From Nostoc sp. PCC 7120 = FACHB-418 (GTDB taxonomy: Bacteria; Cyanobacteriota; Cyanobacteriia; Cyanobacteriales; Nostocaceae), in the NCBI RefSeq assembly GCF_000009705.1, contig NC_003272.1, positions 1,890,001 through 1,922,000 on the forward strand: 32,000 nt of DNA, read 5' to 3'. Shown here piece by piece: positions 1-8,217 of this stretch; the stretch's first letter is position 1, and the number at the start of each line of letters is the position of its first letter. The notes beneath the pieces are model-generated. The model made no database searches. It was not told where the DNA came from and saw only the letters and a list, made by a program, of their open reading frames with translations. The position numbers and the translations under genes are program-made.

Positions 1-367
1 AGTCTTTCCTAGTATCAGCAATTTGGTTATGCAGTTTAGCAATTTTAACGCGAGTATTGTTTCTCCTTTTTGAATCTTTTTGTTGTCGTGCTAATTTCTT
101 TTGTAGTTTACGAATTTTGCGGTCATGTTTTGAGTAGTCAGGACTTAACGCTTTTTCTCCATTACTCATGACAGCAAAAGTTTTTAGACCCAAATCAATA
201 CCTATACTTTGGTTATTAGCAATAGTAGTATTGGGTTCAACTTCTACTACAAAACTAAGAAAATATCGGTTAGCACAATCTTTAATCACCGTGACTGAAC
301 TAGGTTCAGATGGTAACTCTCTTGACCAAATTGGTTTGATATTTCCAATTTTGGCTAAGTAAACTTT
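1..367 (-). pseudogene. tnpB: IS200/IS605-family TnpB (OrfB) gene fragment. It is 5'-truncated at the ISL3 inverted repeat and runs off the left edge of the window.
   Basis: The minus-strand frame is open from 367 to 1. It reads KVYLAKIGNIKPIWSRELPSEPSSVTVIKDCANRYFLSFVVEVEPNTTIANNQSIGIDLGLKTFAVMSNGEKALSPDYSKHDRKIRKLQKKLARQQKDSKRRNNTRVKIAKLHNQIADTRKD. GIDLGLKTFA is the TnpB RuvC-I Asp motif, and AKLHNQIADTRKD is the usual following segment. The expected N-terminal ~100 aa are missing, and the frame runs directly into the IS terminal repeat at 368. Confidence 0.75.
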
Positions 368-1779
368 GGTTCTTTCGGATATTTTATGGAGAAAGCAAAA
401 AGTAATGAAAATTAATGGATAAAATTTATAAAGATTGAAGCCTAAACTAGAGTAGATACAATACTTTACAGCTTTGAAGGTATGTTTAATTACCGAAAGT
501 AAGATAATTATAGATCAAGCACAGGAATTGGCGGCGATAGTTATGAAATTTCCCGTAGAGCAAATCCTCAATCTACCAGAGACGAAAGTGTTAGATTGTC
601 AAGAAGTGGAAGGAGCAGGAATAATTATCACAATCGAAAAAGCCGTCAACCATTGTAGCTGTCCAAATTGTGGAAATGTAACTCAAAGTATACACCAAGA
701 CCATTGGCGAATGATTCACGATTTACCGTGGAGTGAAAAACCAGTTCTGTTAAAAATAAATCGTCGTCAATTTAAATGCCATAAGTGTAAAAAAGTGTTT
801 AGTGAGAAACTAGAGTTTGTAGAAAAGAGCAAAGGATATACAAAAAGATTAGCAGCTAGCATAGTAGAGCAAGTATTGAATAGCAACATTCATAGCGTGG
901 CTAAAAGAAACGACCTCAGTGATGAGGAAGTAGAATCGATGTTAAAAAGGCAAGTAACCCAAATACAGAAGATAAATTTAAGAGGATTAAAAAGGTTAGG
1001 AATAGATGAAATAGCCTTAGTGAAAGGGCAAGGAAATTATCTGGCAGTAATAGTAGATTTAGATACTCGTAAACCAATTGAGATAGTGAAGACAAGAAGG
1101 ATAGAAGAAATCGGTGAAGTCATGAAAGGATGGGGATTCAAGGTACTTGAGCAAATCCAAGAAGTGAGTATAGACCTGTGGTCTCCTTATAAAAGTCTAG
1201 TCGAAGAATTAATGCCCAATGCAAATATAACTGCTGATAGGTTTCATGTGATGAAACAGGTAAATGATGAATTAGATACAATACGTAAATCCGAGAAAAA
1301 AGCAGCAATGTCTTTAGAAGATAAATCAGAAAAAGAACGAATATTAGCGGGATTAAATAAAAGTAAATATAGCTTGATTAAAAATGAAGACTCGTTAAAC
1401 GAAGAGCAAAAAATCAGACTGAAAGCTGTCCAAGAAGTATCACCAACTCTAGCAAAGATGCACTCCTTGAAAGAAAAATTTAGACAAATCTTTGAATCTC
1501 ACACATCTTGGGGAGATAGCATCATTCAATTATTGGATTGGATGTATGATGCCATGCTACTTTTTCCCAAATCTATCGGAACAATGATTAGATGGTTTGG
1601 GGAAATAGTTGGTTATTTTGATGGTAGAACTACCAGTGGTACTGTAGAAGGTATTAATAATAAACTTAAGCTGATTAAACGTCTTGGATATGGTTTCCGT
1701 AACTTCAACAATTTCCGTTTACGCAGTTTATTAAACTGGCACTTTAGTATTAATTCTCCATAAAACAGGCGCAAGAACC
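368..1779 (+). mobile_element. ISL3-family insertion sequence (about 1.41 kb) with 26-bp imperfect terminal inverted repeats
   Basis: The left end at 368-393 is ggttctttcggatattttatggagaa. The reverse complement of the right end at 1754-1779 is ggttcttgcgcctgttttatggagaa, matching at 22 of 26 positions by my count. There is a single transposase ORF, and its stop codon lies inside the right IR. The element looks more AT-rich than its flanks, and I saw no GCGATCGC inside it. Confidence 0.8.
543..1763 (+). CDS. ISL3-family DDE transposase
   Basis: The ORF-track frame is 474..1763, starting at TTG. The first ATG is at 543 (MKFPVEQILNLPETKVLD...), a typical ISL3 N-terminus. It has a Zn-finger-like CPNCG...CHKCKK, and later GIDEIALVKGQGNYLAVIVD, DRFHVMKQVNDELD and TSGTVEGINNKLKLIKRLGYGFRNFNNFRLR, which are ISL3 hallmark blocks. 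Confidence 0.85.
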   Translation: MKFPVEQILNLPETKVLDCQEVEGAGIIITIEKAVNHCSCPNCGNVTQSIHQDHWRMIHDLPWSEKPVLLKINRRQFKCHKCKKVFSEKLEFVEKSKGYTKRLAASIVEQVLNSNIHSVAKRNDLSDEEVESMLKRQVTQIQKINLRGLKRLGIDEIALVKGQGNYLAVIVDLDTRKPIEIVKTRRIEEIGEVMKGWGFKVLEQIQEVSIDLWSPYKSLVEELMPNANITADRFHVMKQVNDELDTIRKSEKKAAMSLEDKSEKERILAGLNKSKYSLIKNEDSLNEEQKIRLKAVQEVSPTLAKMHSLKEKFRQIFESHTSWGDSIIQLLDWMYDAMLLFPKSIGTMIRWFGEIVGYFDGRTTSGTVEGINNKLKLIKRLGYGFRNFNNFRLRSLLNWHFSINSP

Positions 1780-1879
1780 TAATTTTTAAACTAATAGATT
1801 TTGTATCGTATTATTTAATATCTTTTCAAAGAATACGATGATTATTTACTAGTGAGGTATGGATTCTAATCATTAATAA

Positions 1880-1951
1880 CTGGGGCGCTAGGATTCGAAC
1901 CTAGGGATGTCGGGACCAAAACCCGATGCCTTACCACTTGGCGACGCCCCA
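1880..1951 (-). tRNA. tRNA-Gln (anticodon UUG); CCA is not encoded
   Basis: The reverse complement is TGGGGCGTCGCCAAGTGGTAAGGCATCGGGTTTTGGTCCCGACATCCCTAGGTTCGAATCCTAGCGCCCCAG. The 7-bp acceptor stem is TGGGGCG/CGCCCCA. The anticodon stem is TCGGG/CCCGA with loop TTTTGGT, giving anticodon TTG. The T-arm is CTAGG-TTCGAAT-CCTAG. The layout closely parallels bacterial tRNA-Gln. Confidence 0.9.
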
Positions 1952-1968
1952 AAGCTTTCGACTTTATT

Positions 1969-1999
1969 AATATAGCAGTCTGTGTAGGGGATATGTCAA
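1969..1999 (-). promoter_or_regulatory. Candidate sigma70-type promoter for tRNA-Gln
   Basis: On the minus strand, TTGACA (1999-1994) is followed by a 19-nt spacer and then TATATT (1974-1969). This sits about 17 nt upstream of the mature tRNA 5' end. The spacer is longer than optimal. Confidence 0.4.
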
Positions 2000-2174
2000 G
2001 TACTTTGAAAAAATATTCTGAACTAAGTAATAAGTGCTGTAAAGCCTTGTGGGCATAGCTGCACTTAGCGAAGGTTCCACCCAAGAGGAGCAACTTCGAG
2101 CTGTAGCGGGGAGTGTAACCGTTTTCTGAAGGCGAAAGTTATTCTCCCTGCCCCTGCCTCTTTCTATTCCCCAT

Positions 2175-2921
2175 TTAATGCAGTGGCCAGAACTGAATTA
2201 GTGCAAATGCTATGGCAGCACTACCCAAAGGCACTGTCAAATTGTCAACACCTAATAAAGAAAAGGCTTCTAAGCTAGTGGCGACAAAAGCCACTGCTAG
2301 CGATACAAGCCAAGTCTGCCAAACATTCCCTAATACACCAAGTAAAATTAAACTACATACCAAATAACTAGCTAAAGCCATAGTTAAGGAGCCTTCCCAG
2401 CTTTTTTGCGCTCCCAAAAGTTTATATTTATGCTTACCAAATCGCTGTCCAACCAAAGCCGCTAATCCATCACCCCAGGCCATTACCATCATGCCGATCG
2501 CCGCATATTGGGGTTGCTGTATGTGCCAAAACCAAGCCACTAAAATGCCGACGCTGACAGCGTAAAAGAATGTGCCTAAGCTCTGTCTACCCACACTATT
2601 AATACCTGGGAGAAGTGGGAAAATGTAAGACAACAGAGTGACTATACTTGCCACAACAGAAGCACCAATACCTACACTGGCAGGAATATCTAACCACCAA
2701 GCCAGTAAAATCACATGGCCAGCGCCAATGTGAACTATTTTTCGGACTATTTCCGAATCGCTAGTGGCAAAGCGATTTACCAAGCCAGCGATCGCCAGAA
2801 TGAAGAATACCCAAGCTGCAACAATAGTAATTTGCAGCCATAAAGGCGGTGTTGAGATTAATTCGGAAACTAAGTTTAACAAAGATAATACAAGATAGAA
2901 AGTTTGTACGTTTCTTACCAA
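2175..2921 (-). CDS. Phytol kinase-like protein of the CTP-dependent VTE5 / dolichol kinase / CDS family; polytopic membrane protein
   Basis: The protein is multi-TM and carries [30 protein letters not shown] and KSWEGS blocks, typical of cyanobacterial phytol kinases. There is no in-frame ATG near the N-terminus. The start is TTG at 2921 or more likely TTG at 2882, which would give [15 protein letters not shown] and 235 aa. Confidence 0.7.
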   Translation of the reverse strand: MVRNVQTFYLVLSLLNLVSELISTPPLWLQITIVAAWVFFILAIAGLVNRFATSDSEIVRKIVHIGAGHVILLAWWLDIPASVGIGASVVASIVTLLSYIFPLLPGINSVGRQSLGTFFYAVSVGILVAWFWHIQQPQYAAIGMMVMAWGDGLAALVGQRFGKHKYKLLGAQKSWEGSLTMALASYLVCSLILLGVLGNVWQTWLVSLAVAFVATSLEAFSLLGVDNLTVPLGSAAIAFALIQFWPLH

Positions 2922-2944
2922 TTTATAAGATTTGGGCGACGCTT

Positions 2945-3199
2945 ATGAAGCAAATATTTATTTGGTTGATCAAGGGATACAGGATGTTTATTTCGCCACT
3001 ATATCCCCCGACTTGTCGCTTTCGACCCACTTGCTCAATGTATGCCATCGAAGCCATTGAAAGATTTGGCGTATTCCGTGGTGGCTGGATGGCGATTCGC
3101 CGCATTTTGCGTTGTCATCCATTCCACCCAGGGGGTTATGATCCTGTACCAGAGTTGGGTGAGCATTGTTGTCATCATGATAGCGGGAATAAGGGGTGA
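2945..3199 (+). CDS. yidD: Membrane protein insertion efficiency factor YidD
   Basis: [69 protein letters not shown] is the canonical YidD (DUF37) sequence. The ORF-track start at 2849 would overlap the divergent gene, so the ATG at 2945 is preferred. Confidence 0.9.
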   Translation: MKQIFIWLIKGYRMFISPLYPPTCRFRPTCSMYAIEAIERFGVFRGGWMAIRRILRCHPFHPGGYDPVPELGEHCCHHDSGNKG

Positions 3200-3222
3200 G
3201 TAAGAAGTGGGTAAATTTCTTT

Positions 3223-3262
3223 CCCTACACCCTTACACCCCTAAACCCCTACACCCCTTCTC
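3223..3262. repeat. Five imperfect tandem octamers (CCCTACAC-like)
   Basis: The array reads ccctacac ccttacac ccctaaac ccctacac cccttctc and lies directly downstream of the yidD stop. Confidence 0.7.
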
Positions 3263-3437
3263 CCATATCCGACTAACAAAATTTGTGGGTAGTTTTGCCT
3301 GTTGATAGTGAACTTTACCCGTAAAGGGAATATAATCTATGCGCTGTTTGGATGGAAGTAAAGGAAATTAACCACAGAAGTCCTAAAATTCGTTATTCTT
3401 TTGATATCCTGGCGAAACTACTCGTGGTTTTTTGCTG

Positions 3438-4235
3438 ATGTTTTCATTTATTAGCTCTGCCAATCCTTGGTTAGTAGGACTAGGACTAAATACTATTTTA
3501 TTGAGTTTAGTCTGGTTCGCCCCTAAAAAACTGCTCACCCCAGCAGGTGTGTTTCATGCTTGGTTATTGGGCATATTGATTTGGGGTACTTTAGGCTGGC
3601 AAGGATATTTAGTAGTTACCTTTTATTTTCTTGTAGGTTCTGGTGTCACACGTATCGGGATGGCACAAAAAGAAGCTCTTGGTATTGCCGAAAAGCGTTC
3701 GGGCGCAAGAGGCCCGGAAAATGTGTGGGGTTCTGCTTTAACTGCGGCGCTGTGTGCTGTAGGCATAGGAATTATAAATGCTGGTCTTTTTTCACCCAGT
3801 CCCCAATCCCTAGTCCCCAGTCCCCAGTCCCTCTTGTTACTCGGTTACGTCGCCAGTTTTAGTACGAAACTTTCTGATACCTGCGCTAGTGAAGTGGGTA
3901 AAGCTTACGGCAAAAGTACTTTCTTAATTACGACTTTGCAACCAGTTCCTAGAGGTACAGAGGGGGCTGTGAGTTTAGAGGGGACTTTAGCTGGTGTGGT
4001 GGGTTCTGTGGCGATCGCTATTATAGGTTGGGGAGTCGGTTTAATTTCTCCCTTGGGAATTGTTTGGTGTGTGTTGGCTGCTTTGATTGCCACAAATTTA
4101 GAAAGTGTAATTGGTGCAACATTGCAATCGAAATACACATGGTTAACTAATGAAATTGTTAATATTCTTAACACCTTAATTGGGGCGATCGCTGCCATGT
4201 TAGTTGCCTTTGTTTGGGCAAGCTCTTTTGGTTAG
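3438..4235 (+). CDS. DUF92 / TIGR00297 (COG1836) integral membrane protein, phytyl-phosphate kinase (VTE6)-like
   Basis: The protein is polytopic and carries KLSDTCASEVGKAYGK...PRGTEGAVSLEGTLAGVVGS, the DUF92 signature. The ORF-track frame starts at TTG 3432, and the ATG is at 3438. Confidence 0.75.
   Translation: MFSFISSANPWLVGLGLNTILLSLVWFAPKKLLTPAGVFHAWLLGILIWGTLGWQGYLVVTFYFLVGSGVTRIGMAQKEALGIAEKRSGARGPENVWGSALTAALCAVGIGIINAGLFSPSPQSLVPSPQSLLLLGYVASFSTKLSDTCASEVGKAYGKSTFLITTLQPVPRGTEGAVSLEGTLAGVVGSVAIAIIGWGVGLISPLGIVWCVLAALIATNLESVIGATLQSKYTWLTNEIVNILNTLIGAIAAMLVAFVWASSFG
3794..3835 (+). repeat. STRR1-type heptamer array (CCCCAGT family), about 6 units, in frame inside the DUF92 CDS
   Basis: The array reads acccagt ccccaat ccctagt ccccagt ccccagt ccctctt, which is 42 bp or 14 codons. 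It encodes about SPSPQSLVPSPQSL, in a predicted loop between hydrophobic segments. Confidence 0.8.
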
Positions 4236-4430
4236 GGTAATAGTTTTATGTACTGGAGACTAAAAAATTATTTTTAGACCAAAGACTTAGGACTCACTAC
4301 TTAATATTACTGAAAATATGCTTAAATTCTTTCTCGGATTCATATCTGGAGTAGAAAAATGTGACTATGCAAATAAATGTCAATTAAAATACAAAATCAA
4401 ATTAAGCTGAAATATTTTTATCTTTTAAAG

Positions 4431-4460
4431 TTGCCATTACTTATTAATAGTTTATAGAAT
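4431..4460 (+). promoter_or_regulatory. Candidate promoter upstream of the PPIase / ABC pair
   Basis: TTGCCA (4431-4436) is followed by an 18-nt spacer and TAGAAT (4455-4460), about 33 nt upstream of the ATG at 4493. This rests on motif matching only. Confidence 0.3.
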
Positions 4461-4492
4461 CTTATCTTTAGCTGTTTTTACCAGGTGATTTC

Positions 4493-5251
4493 ATGGAAAC
4501 TCTATCATTTTTGAGCATTGATGACCGACCCATTTCAATTGAACAAACCGTAAAATACCTACAATCCTCAGGGAAGTTGGGTCAATTTATTAGTGATGTC
4601 CTTCGTCAGTACGTCATTGAGCAGGAAATTCAAGGGCGAGACGACGTAGAGATCAATCCGGCATTAACTGAACAAACAGTGATTGATTTTCGCCTCAAAA
4701 ATCAACTAGCTGACCCCCAAGCCTTTCAAGACTGGTTAACGAACAATGGTACGGACTATGCCAGGTTCCATGCCTCAATTACTTTTAACTTTAAATTAGA
4801 AAAATTGAAAACCTTGGTGACAGAAGCTAAACTCCCAGAATATTTTATTGAGCAGAAAATCTTTTTGGATCGGGTGGTGATATCGCGGATTGTGGTTGAT
4901 AGTAGGGAACTGGCAGAGGAATTACAACTGCAAATTGCAGAAGGGGGCAGTTTTGAACAATTAGCCAAAGAGTATTCTATATTAGACGATCGCCTGGTTA
5001 ATGGCATGATGGGGCCAATTAGTCGGGGAACTATGCCAGACAAATTGCGGGCTGCTATTGATGTGGCTACTCCTGGTCAATTAGTCGGGCCTATAGAAAT
5101 TGATGGACGTTATGGTTTGTTTCGGGTGGAACAGTTTCTACCAGCGTCTTTAGATGATATTCAACTCAAGCAAGCGTTACAAAACGAACTATTTGAAAAA
5201 TGGTTAGCAGAGAAAATTCAAAAGCTGACGGTGAAATTACAAGTGAATTAA
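4493..5251 (+). CDS. Parvulin-type peptidyl-prolyl cis-trans isomerase (PpiC / NifM / PrsA-like) with no signal peptide
   Basis: The C-terminal half (DRVVISRIVVDSRELAEELQLQIAEGGSFEQLAKEYS...MGPISRGTMPDKLRAAIDVATPGQLVGPIEIDGRYGLFRVEQ) matches the rotamase fold pattern. The N-terminus is hydrophilic. Confidence 0.75.
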   Translation: METLSFLSIDDRPISIEQTVKYLQSSGKLGQFISDVLRQYVIEQEIQGRDDVEINPALTEQTVIDFRLKNQLADPQAFQDWLTNNGTDYARFHASITFNFKLEKLKTLVTEAKLPEYFIEQKIFLDRVVISRIVVDSRELAEELQLQIAEGGSFEQLAKEYSILDDRLVNGMMGPISRGTMPDKLRAAIDVATPGQLVGPIEIDGRYGLFRVEQFLPASLDDIQLKQALQNELFEKWLAEKIQKLTVKLQVN

Positions 5252-7881
5252 AACTTCTAGATAACGAATCTCTAAAAATCAAAGTGCTAGCTGCTATACC
5301 TTGGAATCAACCACCTCTCAATTGGCTTACGCCTGAACAAAGATCCCTTTTAGAAGAACGTTTAGAAATCCGTCGTTATCGACTGGGAGAAAAAATCTGG
5401 TCAAGCGAAGCTGGTGGTTATCAGTTTTTCATTGTGGCTGGGAAAGTCCGCTTGCGGGAGGAAGGAAGCGGTCAATCCTTAGCTGCTATACAAATGGGAG
5501 ATTGGTTTGGTGACTTACAAAAGCTACCGGGAGAATACAAAGCCGTAGCTGCTAGTAAGGAAGTGATAGTGGCTTGTTGGGATACACATCTGTGGGCGGA
5601 AATATCTACTCCCGCGATGGAAGATTTTTGGCTGGGATTGTCGAAACAAGAGCATACTGAGATGGAGAATGAGGTCACATCCGTCCAGTCTCCTGCTTTG
5701 CAACAACCGCTTACGCCTCCAGAACAAACTCCCCAAAGTCCTACACCTGTAACCCTGAGTTATCCTTTTGTTAGCAGTTGGAATACGGGTGCGGCTTGTT
5801 TAACAATGGCAGCCCAACACCTGGAAAATGCGGTGAATTTGGAATGGGTACAACGCCAACTGCGGGGGCAAAGTCCTAAACAAGTGGTAGAAGCCGGAGA
5901 AAAACTAGGCTTCGTACTGCGAAGATTGCAGATGACTTGGGCTGAGTTGCGTCAGCTGACTTTCCCAGCTTTGTTGCTGTTACAAGCCGAGTCCACGCCT
6001 GATCCTTCTTGGGTGATAGCTTATGGAGTCAAAGGCGATCGCTTAATTATTGCTAATCCCTTAAATCCTGATAATCTTTGTGAGAGTCTACCACAATCAG
6101 TGGTGGAACAATGCTGGGATGGTCAGTTGTGGCAAGTAGAACTGATATCCAAACAAGAAAAATTTAACCTGAGTTGGTTCACCCCAGCCGTTTGGAAATA
6201 TCGCAAACTCTTAGCAGAAGTATTATTAGCGTCTTTTACCTTGCAACTATTGGGTTTAGGTACACCACTAATTACCCAAGTTGTGATTGATAAGGTCATG
6301 GTACAGGAGAGTTTACCAACTCTCGATGTCATGGCGATCGCACTTTTGTTAATCGCTGTGTTTGAATCGATATTGGGTATTCTGCGGTTATTTATCTTTA
6401 CTCATACAGCCAGACGTTTAGATTTAAGCTTATCAGCACAATTATTTCGTCATTTGATGCGCCTACCCTTGGCTTATTTTGAGTCCAGGCGTGTAGGCGA
6501 CACCGTAGCCAGGGTTCAGGAACTAGAACAAATTCGTCAGTTTCTCACAGGCACAGCACTAACGGTAATTTTAGATAGCATCTTTGCCGTCGTGTATTTG
6601 GCATTGATGTTTTATTACAATATTCCTCTCACTTTTGTGGCGTTAGCGGTGCTGCCCTTATTTGCCACACTGACTATAGTTGCTACACCAATTTTACGTA
6701 ACTGGCTAAACGAAACCTTTAACCGCAGTGCCGACAGCCAATCATTTTTAGTAGAAACAGTTACAGGTATTCATTCTGTCAAAGCTCATGCAGCTGAATC
6801 AGTAGCACGCGATCGCTGGGAAGGATTATTTGCTCGTTTCGTGCGTACTGGTTTCAAAGCCTCTACCACATCCAACATTAGCAGTAATATTGGCGACTTT
6901 CTCACAAACTTTTCCTCTTTACTAATTCTGTGGTTTGGGGCAAAATTAGTCATTGACCAAAAACTAACAATTGGTCAATTGGTCGCCTTTCAAATGCTTT
7001 CTGGTAGGGTGACAGGGCCACTTTTACGCCTAGTACAGTTGTGGCAAAATCTGCAACAAGTCCTACTTTCCGTAGACCGGATTGGGGATATTCTCAACGT
7101 CGCCCCAGAAGCAGAGATGGGAACTGGTTTAGTTTTACCACCCCTGAAAGGTCAAGTTAGTTTTGAGCAAATATTTTTCCGCTACAAAACCAATACAGAA
7201 CCCGTACTGCGTGGGATTTCCTTTAATGTAGAACCAGGACAGTTTGTGGGAATTGTTGGGCGTAGTGGTTCTGGGAAAAGTACCCTGTCTAAGTTGCTAC
7301 AAAGGCTTTATCAAATTGAATCAGGACGGATTCTGATTGATGGTTTTGATATCAAAAGTGCAGATTTGTCCTCCCTGAGACAACAAATTGGCGTAGTTCT
7401 TCAAGAAGACTTCTTATTTAACGGTTCCATCTTGGAAAATATCACATTGGGGAATCCTGATATTACCGCCGAGCAGGTAGTGGAAGCTGCTAGATTAGCT
7501 GTAGCCCATGATTTTATCAGTCAATTGCCCTACGGTTACGAAACGAACGTAGGAGAGAGGGGTACAGCTTTATCGGGTGGACAAAGACAACGCATTGCTT
7601 TAGCCAGGTTGTTTCTCTCCGACTCGCCGATTCTCGTGTTGGATGAAGCCACCAGCGCTTTAGACAGTGAAACCGAACAGCAAGTGTTACAAAATCTGCA
7701 AAAGATTTCTGCTAACCGCACTGTGTTTCTGATTGCTCACCGCTTTGCACCCCTAAAACGAGCAGATTTGATTCTCGTGTTAGAAAAAGGCGTGATTGCA
7801 GAACGGGGAACCCATCCAGAGCTTTTACAACAAAAAGGCTTGTATTGGTCACTGTACCAACGTCAACAAGCAAATGTGTAA
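5200..7881 (+). CDS. ABC exporter fusion protein. Domain order is cNMP-binding-like domain, C39-peptidase-like domain (apparently inactive), 6-TM ABC membrane domain, then NBD. It is HlyB / bacteriocin-exporter type.
   Basis: The N-terminal region resembles a cNMP beta-barrel (RRYRLGEKIWSSEAGGYQFFIVAGKVRLREE...GDWFGDL). The C39-like segment is NTGAACLTMAAQHL...SWVIAYG...IIANP. The NBD has Walker A GRSGSGKST, the signature LSGGQRQRIALAR and Walker B ILVLDEATSALD. The ATG at 5200 overlaps the upstream CDS by 52 nt, and a GTG at 5284 is an alternative start. Confidence 0.85.
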   Translation: MVSRENSKADGEITSELKLLDNESLKIKVLAAIPWNQPPLNWLTPEQRSLLEERLEIRRYRLGEKIWSSEAGGYQFFIVAGKVRLREEGSGQSLAAIQMGDWFGDLQKLPGEYKAVAASKEVIVACWDTHLWAEISTPAMEDFWLGLSKQEHTEMENEVTSVQSPALQQPLTPPEQTPQSPTPVTLSYPFVSSWNTGAACLTMAAQHLENAVNLEWVQRQLRGQSPKQVVEAGEKLGFVLRRLQMTWAELRQLTFPALLLLQAESTPDPSWVIAYGVKGDRLIIANPLNPDNLCESLPQSVVEQCWDGQLWQVELISKQEKFNLSWFTPAVWKYRKLLAEVLLASFTLQLLGLGTPLITQVVIDKVMVQESLPTLDVMAIALLLIAVFESILGILRLFIFTHTARRLDLSLSAQLFRHLMRLPLAYFESRRVGDTVARVQELEQIRQFLTGTALTVILDSIFAVVYLALMFYYNIPLTFVALAVLPLFATLTIVATPILRNWLNETFNRSADSQSFLVETVTGIHSVKAHAAESVARDRWEGLFARFVRTGFKASTTSNISSNIGDFLTNFSSLLILWFGAKLVIDQKLTIGQLVAFQMLSGRVTGPLLRLVQLWQNLQQVLLSVDRIGDILNVAPEAEMGTGLVLPPLKGQVSFEQIFFRYKTNTEPVLRGISFNVEPGQFVGIVGRSGSGKSTLSKLLQRLYQIESGRILIDGFDIKSADLSSLRQQIGVVLQEDFLFNGSILENITLGNPDITAEQVVEAARLAVAHDFISQLPYGYETNVGERGTALSGGQRQRIALARLFLSDSPILVLDEATSALDSETEQQVLQNLQKISANRTVFLIAHRFAPLKRADLILVLEKGVIAERGTHPELLQQKGLYWSLYQRQQANV

Positions 7882-7931
7882 GCAGTCGTAGTTTTTTAGT
7901 TGTTACCTATTACTCACAATCATACTTTTGG

Positions 7932-7963
7932 ACGAATAGAGCAACACTCTATTCGTTTTTTTT
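7932..7963 (+). terminator. Rho-independent terminator after the ABC exporter gene
   Basis: The stem is acgaatagag / ctctattcgt with a short loop, followed by an 8-T run (gacgaatagagcaacactctattcgtttttttt). It lies 50 nt after the stop codon. Confidence 0.8.
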
Positions 7964-8217
7964 GCTCAAAAAGCAAATGAGCTTTTTGATAATTTAGCAA
8001 ATTTTTACACTACGGTCATTTTTAGTTTTCTACTTAAAAATAAAAATAATATTCTTTCATTGGATAATTTCACGGCTAAATTGTGCATCTTTCTGCATAT
8101 TTATATTTTGGAAAAATAATTATAATTTTTGCTGCATCTAGTCTTTAGCTAGATGAATAGATAGTTTTAGCATTTATGTCTGTATAAATTTTTTTACTCT
8201 TTGAGGTTAAATAGTTC

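Noticed and set aside
360-1787. An 8-bp target-site duplication flanking the ISL3 element (taaacttt / taattttt).
   Set aside because: Only 6 of 8 positions match in very AT-rich sequence. The tnpB frame also does not resume after the right IR, so the flanks are probably not the original contiguous target.
1866-2093. The 75-aa minus-strand ORF.
   Set aside because: It overlaps the tRNA-Gln gene and its promoter. The tRNA explains the sequence conservation.
2849-2944. A longer 116-aa YidD starting at 2849.
   Set aside because: The extra 32 residues are not YidD-like and would overlap the divergent phytol-kinase-like CDS. The canonical YidD sequence begins at the ATG at 2945.
8182-8197. An NtcA-like palindrome (GTA...TAC) upstream of the subtilase gene.
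   Set aside because: The spacing is N10, not the N8 required by the GTAN8TAC consensus, and the region is AT-rich, so a chance match is likely.
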